Shown: positions 1 to 12,526, numbered from the whole stretch's first letter. The stretch is DNA of 63,953 nucleotides, filler included, from Hydrolagus affinis (GCA_012026655.1; 5 parts of 5 records of this genome joined end to end with filler, not necessarily neighbours in it), one strand, 5' to 3'. Notes: generated by a model not told the origin, from the sequence alone. Made by a program: numbers and translations.

Positions 1-247
1 CCAGCATCCTGAATATTCACATCCAGGAGCTGGAAGAAGCCACTTCCTTTGGTTTTAATCCCAAACTGCTTCCTGCTGTCCTCTGCTGTATGTAGGTAGC
101 CACTCTCCCCCTCCTTCCACCAGTACACATGGATACGCAAAGAGTGTAGAGAGAATGGATAGCTGCAGTAGAAGGTTATGTTTGTTCCTCTGTTTGCCAT
201 CAAATGTTTGGGGAATTGACTTATTTCAACGGATTTATCGCCAGAAA
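1..247 (-). CDS. Ig V-type domain exon of a non-rearranging IgSF receptor (NKp30/SIRP-like class), truncated by the window edge
   Basis: Acceptor ttcatAG at 249-248, then an open phase-1 frame: SGDKSVEISQFPKHLMANRGTNITFYCSYPFSLHSLRIHVYWWKEGESGYLHTAEDSRKQFGIKTKGSGFFQLLDVNIQDAG. It contains the B-strand Cys, C-strand Trp and the D-A-G before the expected YxC. Absent from the supplied ORF track. Confidence 0.8.
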
Positions 248-445
248 CTATGAAGAATTAAATATTGATGCATGTTAATATTGACAATTGGGTAGGGAAG
301 CAAATAAGAAAAAACAGATAAACATACATACAGATGCATTGAGAGTAAGTCAGTAAATTGTGTTTATACTGAAACTACTCAGTGATAATAATAATGCTTG
401 GATTTGATATCACGCCTTATCACATAAAAATATACTGTAAAGTTT

Positions 446-495
446 AGTCAAATATTCGGGGAATTGAGTTATTTCAACGGATTTACCGCCAGAAA
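446..495 (-). pseudogene. Duplicated acceptor plus first ~16 codons of the same V exon, ending in a SINE remnant
   Basis: 458-520 is a near copy of 210-280 (AG at 497-496; SGGKSVEITQFPEYL vs SGDKSVEISQFPKHL). The frame runs into SINE-tail sequence and stops. Confidence 0.65.
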
Positions 496-1699
496 CTATG
501 AAGAATTAAATGCATGTTAATATTGACAATTGAAACTATAAAAAATGAAACAATGATACGTGTTAATATTGACAAGTGGGTAGGGAAGCAAAAAGTGAAA
601 TTAGACAAAAGATACATACAGACACGTCAGTTAATTTCTCTAAGACCCTTTTGAAGACCCTCGTCCTCGATAGTACTTTGGATCACCCTCCTCCCCTCCA
701 CCCACCGGATCCTAATTATCAGCTTGGTTGAAAAACATTGATTATCTAGCACCTTGGCACGCCATTCCGCTGTGAAAGGCGCCATACAAATTAAAATTAT
801 GTTGTTGTTGTAAACTGGAGTGTTTAATCTGGAGCTGTACAGTCTACTTGCCATGTTAAATAAACTGTGTGATAGAGTATTCACATACCCGTGGAAATAA
901 TCGCCAGGATGCACATGTATAGCGAAGGACTTGACATGTTTGTCATCGGATTGATCAGAAGCTGTTGCTGGTCTGCAGCATATACGGATTGATATGAAGT
1001 ATCTCACGTGACGTTTGACTCCCTCTTTATGAATGGCCATAATACACTGTGGCTCAGTGGCTTAGAATTGTATCGGCAAACGCAAGAGAGGAGTGCACAG
1101 AAAATGTTGAAAGCAGATAAATGGATCCGAAGTTGAGGTTAAAAAATAACCATCGTTTCCTGAACCAACATGTTGGTTAATACACTGCAGGAAGTTGTTC
1201 CCCAATATAGATTGTGGTTTGAATTTTGTGCCACATCTACTTCCAGCTCTTTCTTCATAATTCGCTGTACTCTAAAATCAGCCCAAACCCTCCTACATGC
1301 CTTTGTCACCTCCCAAATATACAATCAATTCACTTTACAGTGAAGCTTTTTGAGACGTCGATAAAAGGTGAAAAGCACTATCTCAAATGCAAGGATTATT
1401 ATTATTACTTATATTACACACAATAAAGCAAAATGTCCAAACTTCCTTTAGTTACTGTAGCTATTTAATCGGATGATTTTTAAGATATTTTCTTTTATCA
1501 AAGAAGGATTTATTGATAATTATGCTATTGGTCATTTTGTTCGATACAGTGCTTTATCACAACTTCGAGGCTTCTCAACGGGCTTCACAGAATATGTTGT
1601 AATGTGAATTGATTACATATTATATCAGATGGCATTTCACATTTCATTGTGGTGAGATGTGAGGTGGTGGGGGAGGACATGACCGTAAGTACAGTTGAA

Positions 1700-2085
1700 G
1701 AGAAAGCTATTAAGTTGTGATTTGAAATAAGGGAAGAAAGGGAAGGTGGATGGATAATTGGCCAGAACTAATGTGATTGGGATACAGTGTTTAGTCTGGG
1801 GTAAATATGGGTGGTGGAGTTTTGAATCAGTTTATTTTGTAGGTAGTGGAGGTGAGAAGAGTGGCGAAAATGGTATTGCAGTAGTCTAGATGGGAGGTGG
1901 CAAAGGCACGTAGGAGGGTTTCAGATGACTTGAGAGTGAGGTACAGTCAGAGGCAGGCACTGTGGCGGAAGTGGAGGAAAGTTTTCTTGGTTAGGGACCA
2001 GATGTGGGGGAAGTTGGACGGATGGGCATCACCATTAATGCCCAAGTTAGATACAGGTTGTCCAAAATCTATAGAGTTTGATTGA
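1700..2085 (-). mobile_element. L2-type LINE ORF2 C-terminal fragment
   Basis: Degenerate NLG..SF..HI..S(H)LDYCN pattern matching the clearer copy at 18591. Confidence 0.6.
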
Positions 2086-2219
2086 GGCTGTCCCTTGCAT
2101 TGGAAACTTGGGATACGTGCTTCCTATTGGAATCACCATCCACATAAATAAGGTTATTTTCCACAGTGATACAAATGACATGTAAATCTAATTTTCTACT
2201 TCCATTAGCAATCCCAGGC

Positions 2220-2720
2220 CCACTGATGTGCTGTGTGTCTGCCGATTAGATATCAAGGGCTGGATGAGCAGCAACCATCTGCAACTCAACATGCACAAGA
2301 TGGAAGCCAACCTCGTTAGCTCCCTCAAGTTCTGACTGCCTTAACCTCCCCAGTCTTTACCTGAAACTCCCTGTGTTCTCAACCTTGACATCCGGTTCCA
2401 TTCTCAGCTGTCCTTCCTATCTCATATTCAGTCTCTGATCAAGACTGCTTCACTTAATCTCCACCGAATTAACGCCATTGGCTTCTACCTCACACAGAAA
2501 ATGTCACCGAAATTCTGGTCCATGCTTTTATACTTCCCTCTTGGACTTCTCAAATGCATTCCTCTCTGATTTGCTCCGTTTAATCATCCACAAGGTTTTC
2601 AACTAACCCATAATTCCACCACTCCTAACCTTACATGCACCAATTCCAATCCTCACCAAGCTCCGCTGGCTTAATGTTCAAACTGATCAACCTCAAGCCA
2701 TCACTCTCACATAAGAAACT
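2220..2720 (+). mobile_element. L2-type LINE ORF2 fragment
   Basis: Encodes CRLDIKGWMSSNHLQLN (RT C-terminal WM..N.L.LN motif), then degenerate downstream ORF2. Confidence 0.7.
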
Positions 2721-5700
2721 TTTCACACACATTTCAAATCATATACTGTAAAGTAGTGCTATTGTGGATATTTTATAGGTGACCACGATCATGAATTTGT
2801 ACAGTGCCATGTCTCACATACAACAATGGATTGGCCAATTTTATTGGGGAGCTTGTTAGCCAAGTCACCGGTATAAATTATTTAACTATTTATTATTATT
2901 GTGTTATTGTGAGTACATTGGTATATATATATATATATAATGACCCAACAAAGTTATTCACAAGATAGTATACACATATAACAAGGTTTTACCTGAAAAG
3001 AATAATAGTTTGTTTTATCTTAGCCTACAAATTATACAATTACTAAATTTCACAGAGAAACCTGATAAGCATTTTAAATCGCTTTGAGACGTTGTGAAGA
3101 CATCATAAGGTGCAGTATCAAATGCAAGGATTATTATTATTATCACAGAAAGGAACATTGCTGCACGAAAAGCAAGAATTACTATATAATATGCCATAAG
3201 GTGGAGCTGTAGATTATGCTTTTAAATAAATCTGTGGCATGTGGTTTGCAGAGCTCCGTAACATGCAGTTGCTTCCTGGAACCACATTAACAGTACTATT
3301 TTCAATCATAAGGATTAACACTCGTCTGAATTTTGTAAATTTGCCAGTGTGAACTGGCAGCTCAAATAGCACCATGAAAAGCAAAGAATGAATTCCACAT
3401 TTTCAAAGATTTCATACATTAAGCAATCTGAGCTGCCGTCCGGCGTGGAGGGCACTATATAAAGTTGTTGTTGTTGTTGGACCTTCAAGTCGATTCGGTG
3501 TGAAGACAGTGAGTCTATGGACCTTGTTGAGGATTGGGGTGATATGATGTGGGTTCGGATAGGAATGGCAGTATTGTGGATTATTTGAACATTTTGGGCG
3601 ATACCTTCCACCCAAAGCAGCCGAAACCCCTCTCCATGGCTTAGCCACCTCCTACCTCGACTAATATAATGCCCTCCTCGTTGTCCTCCCAAGTTTCACC
3701 ACCCACAAACTAAACTGATCCAAAACAGCACTGCTGGTATTGTCATAGATACTGAACTCCATATCCTCACCTTACCAGTCCTAGCTAGGCTTCCCTCCGC
3801 CTTCTAGATCATAATTAAAGTCTTAGATAAAGACCTCTTCAGCCGTGCTTATGGTCACCTTCCCACACCGCCCCCCCTACTTGGCGTCACGCGCTCTGAG
3901 ATGCCGTTCGGTGTGGAGGGCGTTATATAAATCCAAGTTGTTGTTGTCAGGCTCCAAACACTGTTGGTGGCTCCGAGATGCTGCCTCACCCGTGTCAAGG
4001 GCACTATATAAAGCAAGATGTTGTTGTAGATTTGCCTGCCTCAAGAAAGTGGTTAAAATAATGCCAAGAATGAGGAATGTATCCATATATAAAGCTGAAG
4101 AGGAGCACCTGAGATAATCTACATGCAGCGAATGGATAAGTCATTTTGTTACTCATTTTGTTACGACTGCATATAACATATTATTAATGCAAATCCCATG
4201 AATTAATATTTTCCAAAATGCTTGATTAGGAATTAAAATTGTCTCTGTTCATGGGTAGGAAGAGTCGACGAAAAAATGTGCATTCAATTCTTGGATCACT
4301 TTGTTTGAGTATTATTGGAAATTATGGCTCCATGTTAACTATACTTTGATCAATCATAGGCTTATATTTTCACCTTTGAGTTCCCCAAGCTCCCCTTCTT
4401 TACCGCATTGCTGCTTATTGCATAATAGGTTGACCATCACAAACATTTGAGAACAACAACAACTTGTGCCCTTCACGGCTGACTGCATCTCGAAAAGCTT
4501 GAAACTAATATGTGTTATATGTGTTCCCCCGAATCAAATTGAGGAGTCGACAAAGTGACAAACTGATACTGTATATTGCTCACCATGAACAGGACATAGG
4601 GTTTCCCTGGTATATTAGAAAAGTTTAATGTGAAATGATTACCAAGTAAAATAGTGGTTGTGATGCATAATACGTTGACATTACTGCAACTGTAAAGTTG
4701 AAAGTCGTTAGAATCAAATTTAATCATGTCCCTTCTTGTAGTTATCCACTCTCTGGTCCAATAATCATTGCTGAGTGTTGCCTGAGTCAGAGTTCAATTC
4801 TGATCCAAAACCAAAACAGACAGATTAATCATAGAGCATTGTGATACTTTCTCACTATTTATTTTAACCTATTCCAAAGGTGAATGTTGGTTTGGAAGCT
4901 CCATTCAAAGTCCTGTCCGGTATCTAGGGGTGTGGTTTCAGCTGTACTCAAACTTAAGGAAAAACTTAGCAGCCGAACATCGTTAGGCCACATTCTTTCA
5001 AGCACCTGGGATATCCTCCCAACCTGAAAGGCGCCATACAAATGCAATTTTGTTGTTGTCTACAGAACACAATCTAAGAGGGGCGGCTTGCTGTCTGGGG
5101 TGGGGCATGGGAGGGCAAGACCATATCTTGCAACCACTCTTACCAGCGTTCGCCTTAACAACTCCCCTTGCTCCAAACTACCAGACAGGCCATTTGGCCT
5201 TGCCTTAGACTTTCCAAACGAGAGAGATCTGGGAGCTTAACCACTCTTCTGATACAACCCAGGATCCTGCCTCTCCAAGTTTGTTACACTATTACTCTTT
5301 GTTCTGCAAATTGGTTTATTCGTCTTTATACAGTATCTTTGTTGTCAATAAAAACAATTGTTTTACCACGATTGATAGGATTCAAATTCACAATTTGGTT
5401 TAACTATAAATATAAGTAGGTACGGTGACTAATTGAATGACTTACTTCCAAGCTGCACAAATCGATTAAAAAAAAGATAGCCATGGCCACATCACCGAAA
5501 CTTAAATGCTCCACATTAACCTCACAATTCAATATGAAATAATACCATAAAAATCAGTATGTCAATTGTTAACTCTTCTTAATCGTTAATCTGCCTGTAC
5601 CGTCCAAGGTCAGACAAACTGGAAATATACAGTATTTTTGGGTGAATACATCCAAAAAAAAACGACAGAAGCAGATAAATTCTCTTAATTACTGCATCTA

Positions 5701-6529
5701 CGCTGCCTTGGTACTATAAATGATGGTTTACAAATAACATTATGAAACATGTCAAGCAGCCAAGGTGTGCTCGTCTTCATAAATGTGCACAGTACTAACT
5801 GATACACAGAAAGCTGTGTGGCAATATTATGAAATCAAGAACAATATATTGCAATATATTTATTGCTGCTTTTCTCTTCAATCATGGCCGAAAGCAGGTT
5901 CGGGCCATGATTGAGGAGAGGATTAATAATCAATAATATGCTGTTTTCCATAAGTTAGAAAACAGTTTGAATGTATTTAAAGAGTTTACATGGATACAGT
6001 TTTAGCCTTACACTTTACCCTCAATCAAACATGATATCAATAAATAATTATTTTATCAAACAATCAAACGAAACCTGTAAAGAAAATCGCTGATGATATA
6101 TGTATATGGAAACATATTTATAGTAGGTTTCACAATTAGTTTTTGTCATTTGTATTAAAAGTAGAGTGAAATATGAAGCAACTGTAAGGTAAAGAGGTGT
6201 CTCATAAAATTCATCCCCAAAATTATAGTGGGGAACGACTTCCTTTAACCAACATTCAGATTCAAGAAGCGAAGGTTATTTTTAAACCCCCAACATCGAT
6301 TACATTTTATCTTGTTCAGTACCATATTTTTCTCTACAAGCCTCTCAAGCTTTTGCTGATGCAATCCTAAACCACTGTTTCGGTGTAAATCGCTACAGCC
6401 TATTAACCAATTGACCATTCCTGAAGAGAGAGGAAGTCAAACGTCACAAGATGTATTTCACATCAATCTGCAAATGCTTATTATCGACCAGTAACAGCTT
6501 CAGATCAGTCGCGCCAGGCGGTTAGAAAT

Positions 6530-6578
6530 ATGAGATGTTATTTGATATACACGTGTGTTCTGGTCATTATTTCCACGG
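6530..6578 (+). CDS. Leader exon of the SIRP-like gene (MRCYLIYTCVLVIIST-G)
   Basis: ATG, hydrophobic stretch, phase-1 donor G|gtaagt at 6579. Confidence 0.85.
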
Positions 6579-9500
6579 GTAAGTGTATTAGCGGTGAAAG
6601 TNNNNNNNNNNNNNNNNNNNNNNNNNNNNNNNNNNNNNNNNNNNNNNNNNNNNNNNNNNNNNNNNNNNNNNNNNNNNNNNNNNNNNNNNNNNNNNNNNNN
6701 NGCCGTGATGTCACTGGGGGAAAAAGCAGGGAATGGAAATGGATCGCGTTTAACCGTGTACGGTAAGTGACTAATATGGATATTGAAACTGTTCCTATCT
6801 TTGAATATCCCACAGAAATTCTTTACGAATCTCTTCTATAGTTTTCGTTACATTTACAGTTGTGTTCTTGAATTTCATTATCTGTAAATTTATGGCAATG
6901 TTGCGCTCCCCGGAAAGAAATATAATTACGCTGAAAAATCCAATTTAAAAAAAACTAATTGTGCACAATTCAAACTGGCAATTCAAACCTAAATTCACTC
7001 TCATTATTTTATTAAATATAATAATAATTGGTCAAAGAATCACGACTGTTTGTGGGACACTGTCACAAGATGTGAAAAAACTATATAGCACTATAGCATC
7101 TTGGGACGTCCTCCCAATGTGACAGGCGTTATACAAATGTAATTTTGTTATTGTTGTTGTATATCAAATACAATAATTATTATTATTATATAACGCTTCA
7201 TGATTTGACAACTCTGAGCATTAATTGTCCTGTAGCTCAGTGGTTAGAGCACTCGACTTACAAGCGAGAGATCTAGGTTCGATTCCAGGCAGGGGAAAAC
7301 TTTGGACTAGTTTCCTTACCATACACACTTGATAATAATCCCTCGAGAAAAAATCATCATTTCAATCCACGACTGTTTGTGGGACACTACTGTGCGCAAT
7401 TGGCTGCCACGTTTCACGCATATCTATACAGTAAATTTACTTTACAGTATATTCTGTGAATCACCATGAGACGTCTAGAAGATACGAAAAGCGCTATTTC
7501 AAATGCAAGGATCAGTATTCTGATAATTTCGTATACATCCGTCCCCTTTTAACTTAAATACACAGAATATAATTAGGAATGATTTGAGGATTTTCTAGTG
7601 CTGGAAGGAATGTGACTTCTCACTAGTCTATTTATTCCAGCAGCAACCATTCGGTACCCACTACTGATTAGCAATCTCTAAGAGTTTATCCACCAGATAA
7701 ATGTCCCATGTTTTTGATATGTAGTTGAATTGCCTTCAGTGAGTATCTGATTCTCTCCTATTTATTTTATCGAAGATATTGCCACATTTCAATCATTAAT
7801 AATGAGAAGTAGAATGATATATTGGATAATATGCTGACGCTTTTCGCGTCAACATGAATCGCTGTAAAAATCCAGTAACTTTTGGATGTGAAACCGCCAC
7901 CCGATTGGCAAACAACAATGTTCCATAGACATTCGCGACGTACTTGACTCAGTTTATCTGTGGGATTGTTGGCCAGGACCCGAGGAGAAATCTCTCTTCG
8001 CTTTTCCAAAAATGCTATGGGATCTTAAGCAAGCACCTGAAGCGGCAGGTGAAATCTCAATTCAATGTGGTCCTCGATAGTGATATCCTCCTAATCAAGC
8101 AGCCTCCACCAGGTCTGCGCTGGGGGGGGTGGGGTCAACTGGAAACAATAGTCACTGCAATTCATATGGCGCAGAATTATGTGCTGGACAGTCTCCAAAC
8201 GCGTCTTAACCGTATCTGCAGGCGAATGAGGCAGCCAACGTGCGCACATAGCCACCGACTCCCCTACCCTCACCACCCCCACACACACTCCCACCACCCT
8301 AACAAAAAGCCATAAAGATTTACAAAGACTCACAATCCCTCAAGTAACATGATTTTGTCTCCTTACCTGTTCCCCAGTTCCCCCAACTCTGCTGGCGATT
8401 TCCCGCAGGTTTCCCGAAACAAATCAGTCTGTGTTTCTGACTCTTGTGTGTGAAACGGCTGAGTTTTACCCGGAGAATCTGAACTTTACTTGGTTTAAAA
8501 ATGGCACAGAAATGACAGCAGTGACTAACACCATCAAGCAGCAGAATCTCGGGAAATTGTTTAAAGCTTACAGTTACATGAAGACACAGCGTGTCCAGAA
8601 CGGGGATGTTTACACCTGTTCGGTATCTCACATCAGTCTCCAAAATCCAGAGATTGCTAACTATACAGTTCAACCTCCTGATAAAGGTAGGTCACCAACA
8701 ATCTTGGTATTATTTTATGATATATTAAATTGTGACGGAATATTTTCTTGTGTTAATCCAGGTTGAAAATTATAGATGTGCCGTTAATGTCATGCAAACA
8801 TTATACGTAAAAAAAAACTTTGGAATATAAAACCTGCTTCATGTTTCATTCGAGAGAAAGATTGGAGTATGAAAATGCGCTCTGGAAACCACCTATAATG
8901 GTTTGAGCAATTAGAGTTGGAGCAGCTAGTCTTTCTGATTTACAGAATAAGCAACGGACTCTAAAATGAGTGATTCGCTCATGTAGGTTCATGTAGCAAG
9001 TGTAGGTTCATGACTAGTTTATTCTGTCCTTGTAGGGAATGGAAGTTCGAACAACTATTTATTAATAGTTAAATATGCAGTTGGTGCATGTGTATCATCG
9101 GTTATTTTGATCATGTTCATGATTGGATGCAGACGAATTAAAAGGAAAGGTAAGAAATCATTTGAGTTTTACTCCTATTAAATGTTTAATCTGGCGAGTA
9201 AAATTACCTCACCCCACCTAGAGACACGGAGTTGAACAACACGGTTTTGTAATAGGCCCCGATGATTACTGTGTTTATATTTGGTAAACGGTGAAGGGAG
9301 CAGTCCCAAAGTGCAGGAGCCACGGAAGCTGAAAAAGTAGCACTACAACCGCACTACAAACGAGATGTATTTCTCATGGGACGCTGAATTTGCGAGGTGA
9401 ATGTCGGGAGAGGAAAGATTTGAAGAGGCGATATTTTCGACAGAAAGTGGGATAGAAAACGTTGAGTCGGATGGATTTTTAAAATTCCATACAACAAGAA

Positions 9501-12500
9501 CAATAACTTGCATTCGGATGAACGTCTAGGAACTCTTAAATACTACAGCGCTTGAACAAATGCAAGTGTATGGAAGAAAACGTACTGTATAAGACTATAT
9601 ATTGGAACTTTATGTTTGAATTTGGTTGAGTGTACTCCGAGTATCTTTGATATTACTGCCATGAAAAGTTAATAAATATTTAATTGATTTACTTGAATTA
9701 TATTCATGTTTAGGTTCAAATAGACTGGACTGTCCTGGAGAACTGGTAAGATTGTTAACACAGTTGAAGCAAATTAAGTGAGACCATTTTAAATGTAAAA
9801 ATACCGGTGATATTTAGCTATTTTGTTTCTTTTTAAAAACATTGTGATGCTTAAAAGGACCAGCAGCCGAGGCTGTGATTCCAGAAAGCATTGCTGGAGT
9901 GCGAGGTAAATGGTTGAAAGTTAGATCACTGGCGGGTCAGGAGGGCGTTGCGGCAGAAAGTACAGTGTTCCTCGAGGACAGTGAGCCATCGCAGGAGCTC
10001 ACATTGGAACTTTCTGAGGCAAAATATAATACAACTTAAAATGATTGTTCCACGTGCGTGTAAAATTAATTATAAATCTGTCAACCTCATAAAGAATAGT
10101 TAACCTTTGCCAATACCTCACCCCCAAAGCCGCTGAAACCCTCAAACACGCATTCATTACATCCCGGCTCGATTAGGCAAACGCCCTGCTGGTCGGCCTT
10201 CCCAATTCCTTCCTCCACAGGCTGCAGATCATCCAGAACCCCACCCCACATCCATGACCTCCTATCCCCTTACCAACCTGCCCATCCCCTCCACTCAGCA
10301 GGCCTGCTCCACGTCCCGTTCCCCCCCACCAGCCCCACCATTAGCGGGAGATGAAGCAGTAACTGTCTAGCGCCTTGGGACGTCCTCCTGACATGAAAGG
10401 CGCTATACAAATGTAATTTGGTTGTTGTTGTTTGGATACACGACCACTTGTTTAGGATAGCCATTATACACATGTAATTTTGTTTGTTTGTTGGAACAAA
10501 ATGAAATGATGCAGCCTATTGAAAGTACTGGACAATGTAAAATGATTTTCTGTTTTAACAGACTGTGATGGAAGCAGATTCTGAGAGGATGGCTTATGCC
10601 ACATTGGATTTAAATAGTTCGAAGAAAGTTCCAAAACCCAGGCTTCAAGAGGAGAGGACAGTATATGCCCAGGTAGAGATTTTTAAAAGCACAAAGACAA
10701 GATACAAACCACTTTCAGCCAACCGATTTGGGGATATTTTACTCGTCAAAGGAAAACAAATAAGTTTCAACGGAATTTCCGTACTTCGTTGTTGGGGTCA
10801 ATTGTACCTAAACACTCTTAGCTGCTTCTCACATTTTTCACACATCCACCCCGATTTTGCAGGGAGCCTCCAGCAATCATTCATCATTTATCCAAGTGCC
10901 CATTCCTCTTGTAAGGCGATGAGTTCAGCAGTGTAGGCAATGTTGGGACTGATACACCACAAAATGTTGTGACCTCAAAACAGATCCATCGTTTCGTCAA
11001 ATTTTCCCTTGTGTTTTCTCGGCATGAGAAAATCTAATCATTGAATGTGATGTACATACATAATGTTTACCACATACAAAAAAAAAGTTGAATTTTTTTC
11101 AGCTCACTCTCCACACTCGTTGATATGTTCCATCATGTATCCACTTAAACATTTCTATTTAAGAATACTTTTATGATCTTTGATCTTGATCTTTTCTTGA
11201 TCTTTTCTTCCACTATGCATTGAGGCAGCAAATTATATACGAAACCATCCTTGGCAAAAATATATATTTCTAACCTCCAGTTAATTTTTTTGTGTGATTA
11301 TCTTAAATTTGTTCCCTTTGGTTACTTTCTATTGCAGAAGTGTACAAATAATATATTGCTCTTTCATAATCCTTCATAATCGTGAATTTTTCGGGTCACT
11401 GTTGATAATGCTAATACATTACAGTCCTGCAGAATAATCAGGAATTGACAAATGTAAGGGTTAATCTATTTTAATGACCCTGCGGTGAAGTAAGGACTGA
11501 CACAAATGTTGTACAATTAATCAAGGTTTATTAATTCAGATCAATATGGTTATCAGTAATTTTTAAAAAAATCCAATTGTGCTTATGTATCCATATATAT
11601 ATACTATAGTTCACAACAATTTAAGTTGACCAAACCACATCCTATGAGATAGAGATAGAGAAGCAATGTCCAATTTAATGTCCCATTCGAATCCAAATAT
11701 GTCCTCACAAGGAATCCAAGTATTGTTGTACGGTTTCCAGTTCCATATAATCGAAAAGTATTTAGTTATTACTGTACATTTCATGTTGTTTAAATGGTAG
11801 TTTTGATATTCATTCTTTAGAATGGGTTGTGACTTCAAGTTGCAATTTCTTTCTTTTCTCTTTCTCTTTTGAATCGATCTCCATTTATATTGTTCAATTT
11901 CACTTAATTATTGTTCTTTGCAAGATGGTTCCTTTCTGAAAACCAATGCAACATAGCTCTCTCCAGCTGCAGATCATTTTTCCACAAGGAAATGACTGAT
12001 AAGGAATGAAAGGAGTTTGTTGTTCATAAACAGTCTTCTGTTTCTCCTCCTTGAGCAAAGATCTTCTTTGAAACTAGTCACTAGTTCCCCTCATATGAGG
12101 TCGATCATATGTCTCAAATATATAAGCATTACAAATATAATTTGAGATAGTATTTAACACATTCATTACGTAAATTCTACAAAAGCTATTTAATTATCCC
12201 ATCTTCCCTGCCTACTGCTGACCACACAGATTATTGATCTAAAGTGAACCTCCTTGAACTGTCCACTTTATTTCCACACCTACAAATGCTTACAAATTGA
12301 CACACTCCTTTTGGTTAAGCTATTAGATTTGCCAAATGTCAACTAATGATATTGTGAAACATTGGCTTTACAGACCAAACAGGGGACGCCCAGTAACAAC
12401 GTGACCTATGCTGCTTTAGATATGTCTGGTTCCAAGGAAACAGGGAAAATTAATCGCAACGAGAATACGGAGTATGCAGAAGTACATGCGGAAAAACTAC

Positions 12501-12526
12501 AGAGGAGCAGCAGAAGCCATCTCTAG
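6530..12526 (+). CDS. SIRP-like inhibitory receptor gene: leader, germline VJ-type domain, C1 domain, TM, cytoplasmic tail with 4 Tyr motifs (7 exons)
   Basis: Phase-compatible GT-AG exons at 6530-6578, (gap)-6762, 8378-8686, 9036-9149, 9714-9745, 10562-10672 and 12374-12526 (TAG). Tyr motifs are MAYATL, TVYAQ(T), VTYAAL and TEYAEV, spaced like the two ITIM/ITSM pairs of SIRP-alpha. AATAAA at 12856. Most of the V exon lies in the gap 6602-6701. Confidence 0.85.
6702..6762 (+). CDS. 3' end of a germline VJ-type exon (AVMSLGEKAGNGNGSRLTVY)
   Basis: J-like G-x-G-S/T-x-L-x-V motif followed by phase-1 donor gtaagt at 6763. The 5' part is in the gap. Confidence 0.75.
7227..7520 (+). mobile_element. 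tRNA-derived SINE, near full length (representative of dozens of copies in the window)
   Basis: A box tagctcagtggttagagc, B box ggttcgattcc, conserved body ctgtttgtgggacact..gtgcgcaattggctgcc..gtttc, LINE-like 3' end gaaaagcgctat..caaatgcaaggat. The body resembles my recollection of Deu-domain shark SINEs (not verified). Confidence 0.8.
8378..8686 (+). CDS. Ig C1-set exon of the SIRP-like gene
   Basis: Polypyrimidine acceptor ccccAG. LTLVC-x4-FYPENLNFTWFKNG ... YTCSVSHISL matches C1-set signatures (FYP, WxxNG, YxCxVxHxSL). Donor gtaggt at 8687. Confidence 0.92.
9036..9149 (+). CDS. Transmembrane exon (GNGSSNNYLLIVKYAVGACVSSVILIMFMIGCRRIKRK)
   Basis: Hydrophobic run followed by a basic stop-transfer cluster; phase 1 to phase 1, GT-AG. 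Confidence 0.85.
9714..9745 (+). CDS. Short cytoplasmic exon (GSNRLDCPGEL)
   Basis: tttAG acceptor and gtaaga donor. It converts phase 1 to phase 0, as needed to join the next exon. Confidence 0.7.
10140..10435 (+). mobile_element. L2-type LINE 3' fragment
   Basis: ctccttccacaggctgcagatcatccagaac.. plus the 3' end gcgccttgggacgtcctcctgacatgaaaggcgctatacaaat and a (GTT)n tail. Confidence 0.7.
10562..10672 (+). CDS. Cytoplasmic exon with AYATL and TVYAQ motifs
   Basis: 111 nt phase-0 exon: TVMEADSERMAYATLDLNSSKKVPKPRLQEERTVYAQ. Confidence 0.85.
12374..12526 (+). CDS. Last coding exon with ITIM VTYAAL and ITSM TEYAEV
   Basis: ttacAG acceptor; TKQGTPSNNVTYAALDMSGSKETGKINRNENTEYAEVHAEKLQRSSRSHL*. 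Confidence 0.85.
   Translation, partial: TKQGTPSNNVTYAALDMSGSKETGKINRNENTEYAEVHAEKLQRSSRSHL

Noticed and set aside
5446-5484. Candidate leader for the minus-strand V exon (MAIFFLIDLCSLE|gtaagt)
   Set aside because: The donor is phase 0 but the V exon needs phase 1; it would only fit with an error in the T8 run. Another candidate near 4640-4727 is equally unproven.
7227-7300. tRNA-like sequences (also 31874, 34540-34612, 35795 and others) as tRNA genes
   Set aside because: They continue into a shared SINE body and tail, differ from each other, and lack intact acceptor stems and Pol III terminators; these are SINE heads.
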